Source of the DNA: a virus
IMG/VR virus record: IMGVR_UViG_3300033182_000185
Direction: 5' to 3' (one strand)
Length of the DNA stretch: 56,633 bases
Position numbers and translations under genes: made by a program. A model generated the notes under the pieces. That model did no database searches. It saw only the letters and a program-made list of their open reading frames with translations, and was not told where the DNA came from. Each line of letters opens with the position of its first letter. Position 1 is the first letter of the stretch. Shown here piece by piece: positions 27,780-36,568 of this stretch.

Positions 27780-28527
27780 TGTTTTCTCCGTGTCTTTCGG
27801 GCCAATACTTCTTTATATTTTTCCAAAGGATTAAAGATGATTCAAATATAGTCCAGTATCTATTGAACTCATCCTTATCCCACTCATGAAATACTACTAC
27901 TCCAGGATTGTTTGCGCTAATAAATACATTAGCAATTCGTTTAGGTGGTGCAGGCAATGCTCTTTCATAAGCGATCAATTGGTAAGCCATTGATTCATAT
28001 GCCAATTGTTTGCTACCAGTAGTGAACTCTTTGGTCTTGAAGTCAATGACCCATTCATCTGATACCAAATCAATCATACCACCATAACCTTTCTGAATAT
28101 TACATACTACTTCTTCTGATCTCCAGTTCTGTTCACCGCAGTTTACTTTTAGCAATGCATCTACTGCATTAAAGATGTCAGCGTCTGATCCTGTGGGCTC
28201 TAACTCTTTCTTGAAGCAGGACTCTAACATATCATGTATTCTACTGCCTCTGAAGGATGCTTCTAAAGTTTCCTTCTTACTCTCTTCAATAACCTTGGCT
28301 TTCCATACGTCAGCATCAACAAAACTTCTGTCTACTGTAGCAGCAGCCTCAATAGTTTTATTAATCTTCCAAGTATCAAGTCCAGGCTTTGCTAAAATAT
28401 CAAGGACAGATGTAACAGATGGCATCCATCCATGTTTCCTGGCATCTCTCAGTGTTGTTGCTCTAGTCTTTCCGTTCTTTCCTTTAACGAAATGACAGGG
28501 CTTTCCCTCTCTGCTATACCAATGCAT
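27766..28527 (-). CDS. PD-(D/E)XK (RecB/Cas4-like) exonuclease
   Basis: 253 aa with 'GSRIHDMLE' and 'GMIDLVSDEWVIDFKTKE' (D...D-x-K). It lies next to the annealase/NinB recombination genes. Confidence 0.7.
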   Translation of the reverse strand: MHWYSREGKPCHFVKGKNGKTRATTLRDARKHGWMPSVTSVLDILAKPGLDTWKINKTIEAAATVDRSFVDADVWKAKVIEESKKETLEASFRGSRIHDMLESCFKKELEPTGSDADIFNAVDALLKVNCGEQNWRSEEVVCNIQKGYGGMIDLVSDEWVIDFKTKEFTTGSKQLAYESMAYQLIAYERALPAPPKRIANVFISANNPGVVVFHEWDKDEFNRYWTIFESSLILWKNIKKYWPERHGENNEGN

Positions 28528-28796
28528 TAGATACCCCTATATCTAAACTCTCCAACTACTCCTTCGCTCCAGTCCCATTCTTTTGAAACCTTCGGCATAT
28601 CTGCTATCTCTTTTTCTCTCTCATAATACAACACTGCATGATTGAAATCTTTATACATGTTGTAGTATACATCACCATCGCATTCTGTAAACATATTCTC
28701 AAATGCAATTGCTTCTTTGATTAGCCTGTTTTTAGCCTTCTCTACTTGCAGGTTGTCATACTCTTTTTCTTTTTTGTTTTTACTTCTTGGTTTCAT
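28527..28796 (-). CDS. Hypothetical protein
   Basis: ORF track, 89 aa. Confidence 0.55.
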   Translation of the reverse strand: MKPRSKNKKEKEYDNLQVEKAKNRLIKEAIAFENMFTECDGDVYYNMYKDFNHAVLYYEREKEIADMPKVSKEWDWSEGVVGEFRYRGI

Positions 28797-29205
28797 TTCT
28801 CTTCTCCATTAGTTCATCGAAACCTTCCGGCGTAGCCCACACAGCAGCCTTCTTATTACGATCAAAAGCATTGGGATGGTATAGATATCTGCCGATTCCA
28901 AAGAGCACTGCTGCTCGTTTGAGAGCGTCTGAGATACCTCCCTTTGCACCTTCGATATTAGAATCATCGGCACCATCTGACTTGGTAATCCATTCACCAT
29001 CAATCTTAACTGATAACTCACAGATCATACGATCACCAATCCACTGGTACTTGGTCTGCCAGTTAGCAACGCCAACTGTCTCATCAAACCTGTCCATTAC
29101 ATCTCGAGCAGTGATGTACGCTAACTCAGCGCCCCCTCCACCCTTGCGCCAACGAATCTTTGACTCAGGGAACGGTCTCTTTAATGCCATCTCTATCTTA
29201 TTCAT
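28780..29205 (-). CDS. Rad52/Sak-type single-strand annealing protein
   Basis: 141 aa from the ATG preceded by AAGGAAAGGG. It contains 'AYITARDVMDRFDETVGVANWQ' and 'KGGISDALKRAAVLFGIGRYLY'. The 25-aa N-terminal extension in the track is rejected. Confidence 0.6.
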   Translation of the reverse strand: MNKIEMALKRPFPESKIRWRKGGGGAELAYITARDVMDRFDETVGVANWQTKYQWIGDRMICELSVKIDGEWITKSDGADDSNIEGAKGGISDALKRAAVLFGIGRYLYHPNAFDRNKKAAVWATPEGFDELMEKRNETKK

Positions 29206-29347
29206 GCTTATCCCTTTCCTTTTTAAGTGAATATAGATACTCCAGGTAATGATCTTCTTCATCTTGCTTTTGCATCTCATCTAACCACTTTTCATATTCC
29301 TCCTTGAATTGTTCTTCTTCTGTTACTTGTTGCTGTCTCCAACTCAT
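29198..29347 (-). CDS. Small acidic hypothetical protein (49 aa)
   Basis: Hand translation: MSWRQQQVTEEEQFKEEYEKWLDEMQKQDEEDHYLEYLYSLKKERDKHE*. It has an ATGA overlap with ninB and overlaps the annealase start by 8 nt. Confidence 0.45.
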   Translation of the reverse strand: MSWRQQQVTEEEQFKEEYEKWLDEMQKQDEEDHYLEYLYSLKKERDKHE

Positions 29348-29754
29348 AACTGATTGATCTCCCTGCTCATGGTTGTTGGGTTATAGAATCCAGCCTCAAT
29401 CAAAGCAGATTCAACTCTTTCCATATACTCAGCGAACTGTTCAACGCTAAGCCCTGATGTTTGTACTGCTACTTTTACTGGCTCTCCTTCTAGGTTAGTT
29501 ACTGTGTTAGTCCCCAGGATTTGAACACACATGATTGAGTGTAACTCGTTAGCAGTATATCCGATTTCGTTTGCAGCTGCTCTAATAATGTGCCAATACC
29601 TGTTGTTCTGGTCAATAGACCTCTGGTTCTTTTTGTTATATGGTCTTATGATAACTTCATAAGGTTCCTTAGAACTATTCTTTAGCTCATTTATATAATC
29701 AATACATCTATTCTTCTGGTGTAAATCATACAACTTGAACCGTTGTGTTTTCAT
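29344..29754 (-). CDS. ninB: NinB/Orf-family recombination mediator
   Basis: 136 aa. 'RSIDQNNRYWHII' and 'QTSGLSVEQFAEYME' parallel lambda NinB 'RSLDQNRKLWACL' and 'STSRMRVGEFAELLE', recalled from memory. Confidence 0.65.
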   Translation of the reverse strand: MKTQRFKLYDLHQKNRCIDYINELKNSSKEPYEVIIRPYNKKNQRSIDQNNRYWHIIRAAANEIGYTANELHSIMCVQILGTNTVTNLEGEPVKVAVQTSGLSVEQFAEYMERVESALIEAGFYNPTTMSREINQL

Positions 29755-30017
29755 TTATCCCTCCATTCTATTATACCATATTCGAATGCCCTGCCTATTG
29801 TCTGTAAACACCATCTCATCTGAGTTTCTTTATCAATCGTACCATTGTGACAATCAGCATGACAATTATAACATACCGGTAATGTGAAATAGTCTGGAAC
29901 TTTCTTTCCCATTCCTGCGCCAAGAGTATTGACTCTAAGATGGTGAGCCTGGGATTCTTTTGCACAGTATATACATGGCTGTTCCGCTACCCATTGAAGA
30001 TACTTCTTATTCTTCAC
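29751..30017 (-). CDS. DUF968/Ref-like HNH-type zinc protein
   Basis: 88 aa with 'PCIYCAKESQAHHLR...GMGKKVPDYFTLPVCYNCHADCHNG'. Confidence 0.5.
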   Translation of the reverse strand: MKNKKYLQWVAEQPCIYCAKESQAHHLRVNTLGAGMGKKVPDYFTLPVCYNCHADCHNGTIDKETQMRWCLQTIGRAFEYGIIEWRDK

Positions 30018-30544
30018 TTCACTCTCCGGTATGGATTAAATACTCTTTGTAGTTCTAACTCCCATTCTTCTATCATAGGTATTATATTATTAAAGTAATT
30101 ATATTTAATATATCTATTAAATATATGTCTATTTTTTTCTAAGTATTTTTCTCTAGTAATATTAGACATAGACTTTCTCCCCATACCTGAACACAAGTCA
30201 CAAGTGTATAACTTATCTAAGATTATAACCTCCTTTCTTCCGTTACACTTCGGGCATATGGATGGATTGGTCATCTCATCTAATGCCAGGTTTACTATGT
30301 TAAATATATCTTCTGGCGTTATTGTCTTGTTCCATTTAAGTTTCATTGCCTCATCAAACAACGGCCTCAATAATTTGTTGCGCCATTTTTTTTCAAGACA
30401 ATACTTGTACCTACCATAAGATGCTGCTATGTCGCTTGCTCTTGCTAGAGTAGCCGCAATATCCTCCCAGGGTGGACCACCTCTTTGCTCAAGAACAGAG
30501 CTAGATTTAATTGTTAAATATTTAAGTGCTTCCAAACCCGACAT
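30014..30544 (-). CDS. Zinc-ribbon protein, possible Q-type late antiterminator
   Basis: 176 aa. 'CPKCNGRKEV-(9)-CDLCSGMGRKSM' parallels lambda Q 'CRDCHGTGRAV...CGRCKGVGYSRM', recalled from memory. It lies in a nin-like gene neighbourhood. Confidence 0.4.
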   Translation of the reverse strand: MSGLEALKYLTIKSSSVLEQRGGPPWEDIAATLARASDIAASYGRYKYCLEKKWRNKLLRPLFDEAMKLKWNKTITPEDIFNIVNLALDEMTNPSICPKCNGRKEVIILDKLYTCDLCSGMGRKSMSNITREKYLEKNRHIFNRYIKYNYFNNIIPMIEEWELELQRVFNPYRRVK

Positions 30545-30731
30545 CGAATATACTCTTGTAAATTATTTTATTTGGATTCCTGTCGCCCATTATTTCTCCA
30601 GTTTCATAATAGTTTTTATATGATTCGCATGCAAGTTTGCTGTCTGCACACCTTTTATATTCAGTACAAGGAGTACATGGAGCATCCTCACTTGCTATCG
30701 CTCTTGCCAGACTAAAGTATTCACGCTTCAT
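30522..30731 (-). CDS. Cys-rich hypothetical protein
   Basis: ORF track, 69 aa (CTPCTEYKRCADSKLACESYKN). Confidence 0.5.
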   Translation of the reverse strand: MKREYFSLARAIASEDAPCTPCTEYKRCADSKLACESYKNYYETGEIMGDRNPNKIIYKSIFDVGFGST

Positions 30732-30900
30732 TTGTTTTCAAAATATATTGTAAGACATGATTGGTTCCTGATATAAAACTCCTAGCCTCTTTAAGATTAT
30801 CTTTGCTATAAGTTTCAAGCAATTCCATTTCTCGGCTATTCTTTTTCTTTCCCCAAACTTCAAAGCCCAGCGTTTGTTCCATGATTTCTTCTTCATTCAT
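30721..30900 (-). CDS. Small hypothetical protein (59 aa)
   Basis: Hand translation: MNEEEIMEQTLGFEVWGKKKNSREMELLETYSKDNLKEARSFISGTNHVLQYILKTNEA*. It has an ATGA overlap with the upstream gene. Confidence 0.45.
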   Translation of the reverse strand: MNEEEIMEQTLGFEVWGKKKNSREMELLETYSKDNLKEARSFISGTNHVLQYILKTNEA

Positions 30901-31208
30901 TTTAATTTCTCCCTAAAATCCTTAGCCCTAAAGACTATAAGTGTATCATCAAACGATGCGCCGTTTTCTTTTATGAAAACTACAGGAACTTTACCATCCC
31001 TGGATGATGCTACCGCTTGCTCCATTGCTTCCTTGATCCATCCAGGTATTGACTTACGATACTTGCATTCAATAGATAGACGATCACTTGTAACATCTGG
31101 CGCACTACCTCTTGACCTACCTGTTATTGGAACCCTATTAGATTTATCCCCTAACTCAGTAAGGAATTCACCTACCCAACGCTCAAACTTTTTCCATGTC
31201 TTATCCAT
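30897..31208 (-). CDS. Hjc/PD-(D/E)XK-type Holliday-junction-resolvase-like nuclease
   Basis: 103 aa with 'RVPITGRSRGSAPDVTSDRLSIECKYRK' (G-x-x-x-x-PD ... E-x-K). Confidence 0.5.
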   Translation of the reverse strand: MDKTWKKFERWVGEFLTELGDKSNRVPITGRSRGSAPDVTSDRLSIECKYRKSIPGWIKEAMEQAVASSRDGKVPVVFIKENGASFDDTLIVFRAKDFREKLK

Positions 31209-32988
31209 CTATTCTCATTGGCGGAACTTCTCTTGCAGCATTGTATGGCAAATGATATGTTCCAGTTCTCCAGTTATAAGTTAATTCTCCAACACCTATC
31301 TTACCATCCTGCTTGAACCTAACCTTTTGGATATGAATCTCAATGAGACTACCTCCATCAGTAGATAGGTCCCGCCATACGGTGATACAGTTATCAGACT
31401 TATCCCTCCATCTAGCAGAACCACTAATGTCATACGGAGTTGGGATAGGAATCTTTCCATTCTTATCACGATATAACTTGGCAGGATGGGCAACAATCCA
31501 CAAATGTATACCATACTTTCTAGCAAATTGACGTACCCTTTTTAGTGCCACAGAAATATATTCTGTCTCAGACTGACCATCTCTACGCAAGTGTTCAAGC
31601 TCATTCCACGGGTCAATAACAAGACCACGGATACCCTTAGTAAGTACCAACCTTTTCGCAGCATCTAGAATCACATCAATAGACCACTCCTTATCATCGT
31701 CAGGCAGAATCCAGGTAAAGTGTTTGGTCAGCCACTGCTTGCCATCTTCCAGTTCTTCCTTAGTCATACATGGAGTAGGTCCATCGAAGAAAGGATGACC
31801 AACATATTTCTCTAGCACCCTAGCCATATGATCTTCAAGTGGTTGATTCTCTGGTGAAAAGATAGCGAAGTTCCAGCCATGATTCTTTGCTATATTCACC
31901 ATCATTGCATCTAACCAATTTGATTTGCCACTACTGGGTATACCTGTTACTACTGTAAATGCACCTGGTCTAACTAAATAGTATGGATCAACAGTCTCCC
32001 AACCTGTGCTTACACCCTTCTCAATGTCTCCCTCATAAAGCCTGTCTATTGAATCAGATAGATTTGTAGCATCGTAAGTACCCATGATTGGATATGGCTT
32101 AGCGTGCTCAATGCACTCAGACAATACAGTTTTACCATATTTAACCAAGACATCGTTAGCATCTTTACATCCTTCAGGCCACACTACTCTATAACATCTA
32201 TCCTTGCCTAGTCTGCGGGATAATTCATTCTCTAGTTTTGCACCAGGTTCATCGTTATCAACAGCAATAACAAACCTAGAAACATTATTAAACTTCTCTG
32301 AGTGTAGCCACGGATCATTCAAATAATCAAACTTAGATGAGTAATCAGAACTATTAACAGGTGGTGCTCCATCTGGCACACTCACACAAGTTCTAATCCC
32401 TGCCTCCCATAATGACAACTTATCTATCTCCCCCTCAACAATAACACAATGTATATCTTCACCTTCAATGTCATCAATGCCGTAGAATCCACGCTGTGCT
32501 CCCGCCTCTAAACGAAAGTTCTTCTTTCCATCCCTATACTTTACGTTGATTAATTCACCGTTCTTATAGTATGGAAAAGCAATTGAGTTAGACAGCGCCT
32601 CTATCTGTGGCATATAAACCTTGCGCTCATTTATCTTGTTCTCTTCTAGAGTTGTCTCACTTACACCTCTATCAGCAAACCATTTAACAACTTCAGGACT
32701 AAGCGCAGTAACAGGTAGTGGCTCAGGCTTGGTGAACTTAGGCTTTCTCCAATGCAGTGATACATTGTTCCCATTGGTTCCATTGCTTAGCGTTCCCGAC
32801 CAACCACAGTGATGGCATAGCCACACACCTTCATCTATATTTACAGACAAGCAAGGTGCTTTCTTTTTCCTGCGTTGAGAAGAACATTCTGGACATTGTG
32901 TATTTACCTGGCCAGCTGAGCTGCGAGCCGGTATCTTTATACCAAAATCGCTAAATGTTTTCATTTCTTTTCCCTGTTTCTTATCCAT
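31201..32988 (-). CDS. Bifunctional DNA primase-helicase (T7 gp4-like: zinc finger + TOPRIM + DnaB-type helicase)
   Basis: 595 aa with 'CPECSS...CHHCGWSG', TOPRIM 'VIVEGEIDKLS...VDND' and Walker A 'GIPSSGKSNW'. Confidence 0.9.
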   Translation of the reverse strand: MDKKQGKEMKTFSDFGIKIPARSSAGQVNTQCPECSSQRRKKKAPCLSVNIDEGVWLCHHCGWSGTLSNGTNGNNVSLHWRKPKFTKPEPLPVTALSPEVVKWFADRGVSETTLEENKINERKVYMPQIEALSNSIAFPYYKNGELINVKYRDGKKNFRLEAGAQRGFYGIDDIEGEDIHCVIVEGEIDKLSLWEAGIRTCVSVPDGAPPVNSSDYSSKFDYLNDPWLHSEKFNNVSRFVIAVDNDEPGAKLENELSRRLGKDRCYRVVWPEGCKDANDVLVKYGKTVLSECIEHAKPYPIMGTYDATNLSDSIDRLYEGDIEKGVSTGWETVDPYYLVRPGAFTVVTGIPSSGKSNWLDAMMVNIAKNHGWNFAIFSPENQPLEDHMARVLEKYVGHPFFDGPTPCMTKEELEDGKQWLTKHFTWILPDDDKEWSIDVILDAAKRLVLTKGIRGLVIDPWNELEHLRRDGQSETEYISVALKRVRQFARKYGIHLWIVAHPAKLYRDKNGKIPIPTPYDISGSARWRDKSDNCITVWRDLSTDGGSLIEIHIQKVRFKQDGKIGVGELTYNWRTGTYHLPYNAAREVPPMRIDG

Positions 32989-33182
32989 TCACATACTGCT
33001 GATTCAAGTTCTTCTTTGGTATGGAATTCTCTATCATCTACATATCTATATGTGATGTTATCTGATATCATAAACTTCCATCTCTTACCATCAGCGGTAC
33101 GGTTTCTCTCTACTCTATGAGTATCGTCACCTTCTATTCTACCAAACATAAATGCTGATCCCTTTCCCCATTTAATGAACAT
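32961..33182 (-). CDS. Hypothetical protein
   Basis: ORF track, 73 aa. Confidence 0.5.
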   Translation of the reverse strand: MFIKWGKGSAFMFGRIEGDDTHRVERNRTADGKRWKFMISDNITYRYVDDREFHTKEELESAVCEWIRNREKK

Positions 33183-33399
33183 CTTCTGGGCGCTCTACTC
33201 CAGGCGGTGTTAACTCAGGAATCCTTCCTAACCTTTCCTTAGCATCCATCATTTCTCTATGAGCAATTATAATAGATACTAATGCGTTGGCTTCTTCCCA
33301 AGTGAGATGATACGAAAGATAATCCTCATCGTCACCAAAGCCTAACAATAAACCCCTAGACAAATCATCTTTGTCAAAGTATTCTAAATCTAAAGACAT
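33172..33399 (-). CDS. Acidic hypothetical protein
   Basis: ORF track, 75 aa, D/E-rich (FGDDEDYLSYHLTWEE). Confidence 0.5.
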   Translation of the reverse strand: MSLDLEYFDKDDLSRGLLLGFGDDEDYLSYHLTWEEANALVSIIIAHREMMDAKERLGRIPELTPPGVERPEDVH

Positions 33400-33429
33400 T
33401 TAATTTCTCCTATATATATTATAACATAC

Positions 33430-33651
33430 TCACATCACATAACCGAAAGGATTATTATCCGTACTATCCATTATATCACAGCACTGAATCACATCAAACC
33501 CTCTCATTCTTAAACGTGTCATATCATTCATGATAGCATCATCCTTACCATCATCAACACTATATGATGTTTCATCTAGTAAGAACATAAGTATATCATA
33601 ATCCTCGTCAGTAAGTTCTACTGAGTTATCAAACATTTGCGTTTGTGTCAT
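33430..33651 (-). CDS. Highly acidic hypothetical protein
   Basis: ORF track, 73 aa (ELTDEDYDILMFLLDETSYSVDDGKDD). Confidence 0.5.
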   Translation of the reverse strand: MTQTQMFDNSVELTDEDYDILMFLLDETSYSVDDGKDDAIMNDMTRLRMRGFDVIQCCDIMDSTDNNPFGYVM

Positions 33652-34507
33652 GTCTCTCTTTCATCCTTTTTAGGTTAGGCCCAAAACAACTTTCTGGAAT
33701 ATCACTAACAATACTTAGTGCTAACTTCTCTGCTTTAGCCAATTCTTCCGAGCTTCTAACAAACCTGGCAACGTGCAGCCTACGAATCATACCAGAGTTT
33801 GGAGCAGCACCATAAGCATTCAACTCAGATGGCTTAAACATCTCTAAAGCCATATGGTAAAGCCCTGTTTTTATACCCCTAAAGGTAGCATATAATTGGT
33901 TATACTCAATGAGAAAATCACTATCCAACCTGGCTTTAGTCATCTCTTTAACGTGCTTTGTATCCAACTGGTCCTTCATTGGCTTATCTTCAGCGAACTT
34001 TTTCTCACCTCGCTTGATCTCTTTAGCGCCCTTAACATCACCATTCTTACAGAACCTGATGATATTATCTTTCTTTTCAAACACTTTGCTCACTTCATAA
34101 TGCTTACGTCTAACATCGGACTCATCCTTATCGTAGATAAAATATCTTTTATCTCGGCAATCATAGTAGTGTATGTTAGGTGGCAGCACAGATAGAATCT
34201 GCTGATCCAGGTTATATACCCAATGCCTTCCTCCTCTGGACACAGAAAAATCTACCTCAATATCCCCATCATCGTAGTATTTTATCTGAGTCTGCGCTAA
34301 CGTTGGATCATCTTCTTCTGGAGTATTATCACTGTAATGTCTGCTCTTCATATCAGCCTTAAAAGCATACCCATCATCCTCTCTAACTATAAAGAAATTC
34401 TGATGCTCAAGTCTTGCTATCTGAATCTCATAATCATAGTGTTTCTTGACAGCATCCAGGCCATTGTTAAAACTAGAAAACCTATAATCATCATGCATTA
34501 AAGACAT
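33629..34507 (-). CDS. Hypothetical protein, last gene of the AAA/VWA cluster
   Basis: ORF track, 292 aa. No motif recognised. Confidence 0.6.
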   Translation of the reverse strand: MSLMHDDYRFSSFNNGLDAVKKHYDYEIQIARLEHQNFFIVREDDGYAFKADMKSRHYSDNTPEEDDPTLAQTQIKYYDDGDIEVDFSVSRGGRHWVYNLDQQILSVLPPNIHYYDCRDKRYFIYDKDESDVRRKHYEVSKVFEKKDNIIRFCKNGDVKGAKEIKRGEKKFAEDKPMKDQLDTKHVKEMTKARLDSDFLIEYNQLYATFRGIKTGLYHMALEMFKPSELNAYGAAPNSGMIRRLHVARFVRSSEELAKAEKLALSIVSDIPESCFGPNLKRMKERHDTNANV

Positions 34508-34516
34508 TTTATTCTC

Positions 34517-35641
34517 CTATTCAATAGTTATTACTTCACCGAAAGGACACAAAGTATCCTTCGCACCGTAGTTTACCCATATCACTGGGTAATCTGGTTC
34601 ATACTGAGGAAACGAACCGTACAAATCTGTGAAATATATTAGCACGGCTGGGTCCTCATCGTTCTCAATGACCCAATCAAACGCAGGCTCAAAGGCTGTG
34701 CCACCTCTGCCAACTACCTCTAGTGCATCAGGTAGATCATCCTTTGAGAACCTTCGTATATGATTAACGTCAGTATCCACATCCATAATGATAAGCTCAT
34801 CGACATCACAGTCCTCCACTACTGATACTATCTCAGACCAAGCCTCAATCAATAGATCAGTATTCATTGATCCACTTGTGTCAACCGCAAAGATAATTTT
34901 CCGCAGTCCATCAATCTTTGTTATGGATGGAAGGTATAAATCCTTGCCTATGAACCTACGATTGGGACGCCTCCATGAATGTTCATCCCTCATTGGTTCA
35001 GTAGCAAGAGCATATAACTTATCTCTCCAGTCTACCTTTGGATTACGTATCTCATTGATTAGTTCTTTGAAGTGACCTGGAATAGTACCTCTGTTCTTAC
35101 TGCAAGCATTTGCTGCTGCAATAATTTTAGTCTTCCACTTGTTCTCAGTCTCTGACTTGTCTGCCTCGCTCTGACCTTCACCGTCTTTGAAGTGTCCTGT
35201 ACATGGCATATCTCCAAGACCTTTTATAGTAATCCGCTTTGCGTTCTTGAAAAGATCATCATACACCTTGTCAGTATTCCAGGTGTCGTCATACTTTCGA
35301 TCAAGAAGAACATCAGCAGGGGGTTTCATTCCGTTATCAACAAGCAACCGATTGATAACATAATCACCCGCCATATTCCATATAGTATGATCACGAGTGC
35401 CCTTTCTTGTTAGATGAAAGAAAGCAGGATGCATAGTCTCATGCATTAAAACAAACTTGAGGTCTTCCATACTTAACGTCTGAATAAACTCACTGTTGTA
35501 ATAGATAAAGTTACCATCAACAGCAAACGTTGGTATGTTATTGTCCTCTTTGATTGACATCGACAAAAGCAAATGCCCAAAGAAAGGGTAGTCCATCAAG
35601 CATTGTGCTCTTGCTATCTGTAACTTACGTTCAATATCCAT
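34517..35641 (-). CDS. Metallopeptidase-like (HExxH) + von Willebrand factor A domain protein (DUF2201-type)
   Basis: 'LMHETMHPAFFHL' (HExxH) in the N-terminal half and MIDAS 'IIFAVDTSGSM' in the C-terminal half. The start is set at ATG 35641 (MDIERKLQIARAQ...). The track GTG start at 35686 is also possible. Confidence 0.7.
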   Translation of the reverse strand: MDIERKLQIARAQCLMDYPFFGHLLLSMSIKEDNNIPTFAVDGNFIYYNSEFIQTLSMEDLKFVLMHETMHPAFFHLTRKGTRDHTIWNMAGDYVINRLLVDNGMKPPADVLLDRKYDDTWNTDKVYDDLFKNAKRITIKGLGDMPCTGHFKDGEGQSEADKSETENKWKTKIIAAANACSKNRGTIPGHFKELINEIRNPKVDWRDKLYALATEPMRDEHSWRRPNRRFIGKDLYLPSITKIDGLRKIIFAVDTSGSMNTDLLIEAWSEIVSVVEDCDVDELIIMDVDTDVNHIRRFSKDDLPDALEVVGRGGTAFEPAFDWVIENDEDPAVLIYFTDLYGSFPQYEPDYPVIWVNYGAKDTLCPFGEVITIE

Positions 35642-36560
35642 ATGTCCCGTCCAGTTTAGACATTGTTTGATCGAAGGTTTCTTCACTACAAATGTAACCT
35701 ATTACCTTATTGATATGTCGATAAGCCTCCTTTTGTTTTGTCTCATTACCTCTCAAGTCATGAGCATAAAGATACAGATTCTCTTTCATATAGGTTTCTA
35801 AGTCTGTCAAAAAAGTGTCATCAGTAAAATTCAATTCACTAATTGAGTCGATTAGATTCCTAAGTGATTCCATCCTGGACTCATACACTGTAACCCTGTC
35901 AGATGATAGTATATTTTTGAGGCCATGCATCTCGCTCTCAATCCTATGAGTAAGAAGTTCCTTCATCTTTTCCATGCTCTTGGCTACGCTATCGTGCACC
36001 TCTTTTCGTATCCGCTCAGCCTCAAGTTCACCAACTGAAGCCCTCAAATCCATGTTGTGTTCCTCTGGAATAGGTCTGAGGTACTGTTCCATCTTAAATC
36101 TATCAGTGAACTCCTCAACTGTTAGATAGTCTGATGCATCAAACATACCACCTTTCTTGTTGAGCCTAATCTCTGCCTCATCAAGAGCCTCCTGATACTT
36201 ACCATTCTTTAAGGCTTGTATCTCAGAATCCCACAAGGCTTTCTGCTTGCGCCAAACCTTTGAAAACTCTAGGATTTTCTTGTTAGGTAAGATAAATACA
36301 CCACCACTCTCATGCAACCAGGGTAACGTCATGGTTTTAATTGTTGAGTTTGGTGCTTCAACCATCTTGGATTTGATATTCCTAAATGGCTGAAGATATT
36401 TAGATGAGATTGTGATCTTGTTAAAGTTACCAGAGTCACGACTACCTCCCTTCACATTGTAATCACTGGCAACCTTCTCCGATATATCTCTGTCTACCTT
36501 ACGTCCGGAAGGGATAGACATTGATACACTTAACAGCATACCTTTCTTAGATAATGGCAT
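35631..36560 (-). CDS. Hypothetical protein between the AAA ATPase and VWA genes
   Basis: ORF track, 309 aa. No motif recognised. Confidence 0.6.
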   Translation of the reverse strand: MPLSKKGMLLSVSMSIPSGRKVDRDISEKVASDYNVKGGSRDSGNFNKITISSKYLQPFRNIKSKMVEAPNSTIKTMTLPWLHESGGVFILPNKKILEFSKVWRKQKALWDSEIQALKNGKYQEALDEAEIRLNKKGGMFDASDYLTVEEFTDRFKMEQYLRPIPEEHNMDLRASVGELEAERIRKEVHDSVAKSMEKMKELLTHRIESEMHGLKNILSSDRVTVYESRMESLRNLIDSISELNFTDDTFLTDLETYMKENLYLYAHDLRGNETKQKEAYRHINKVIGYICSEETFDQTMSKLDGTYGY

Positions 36561-36568
36561 TGTATCTC

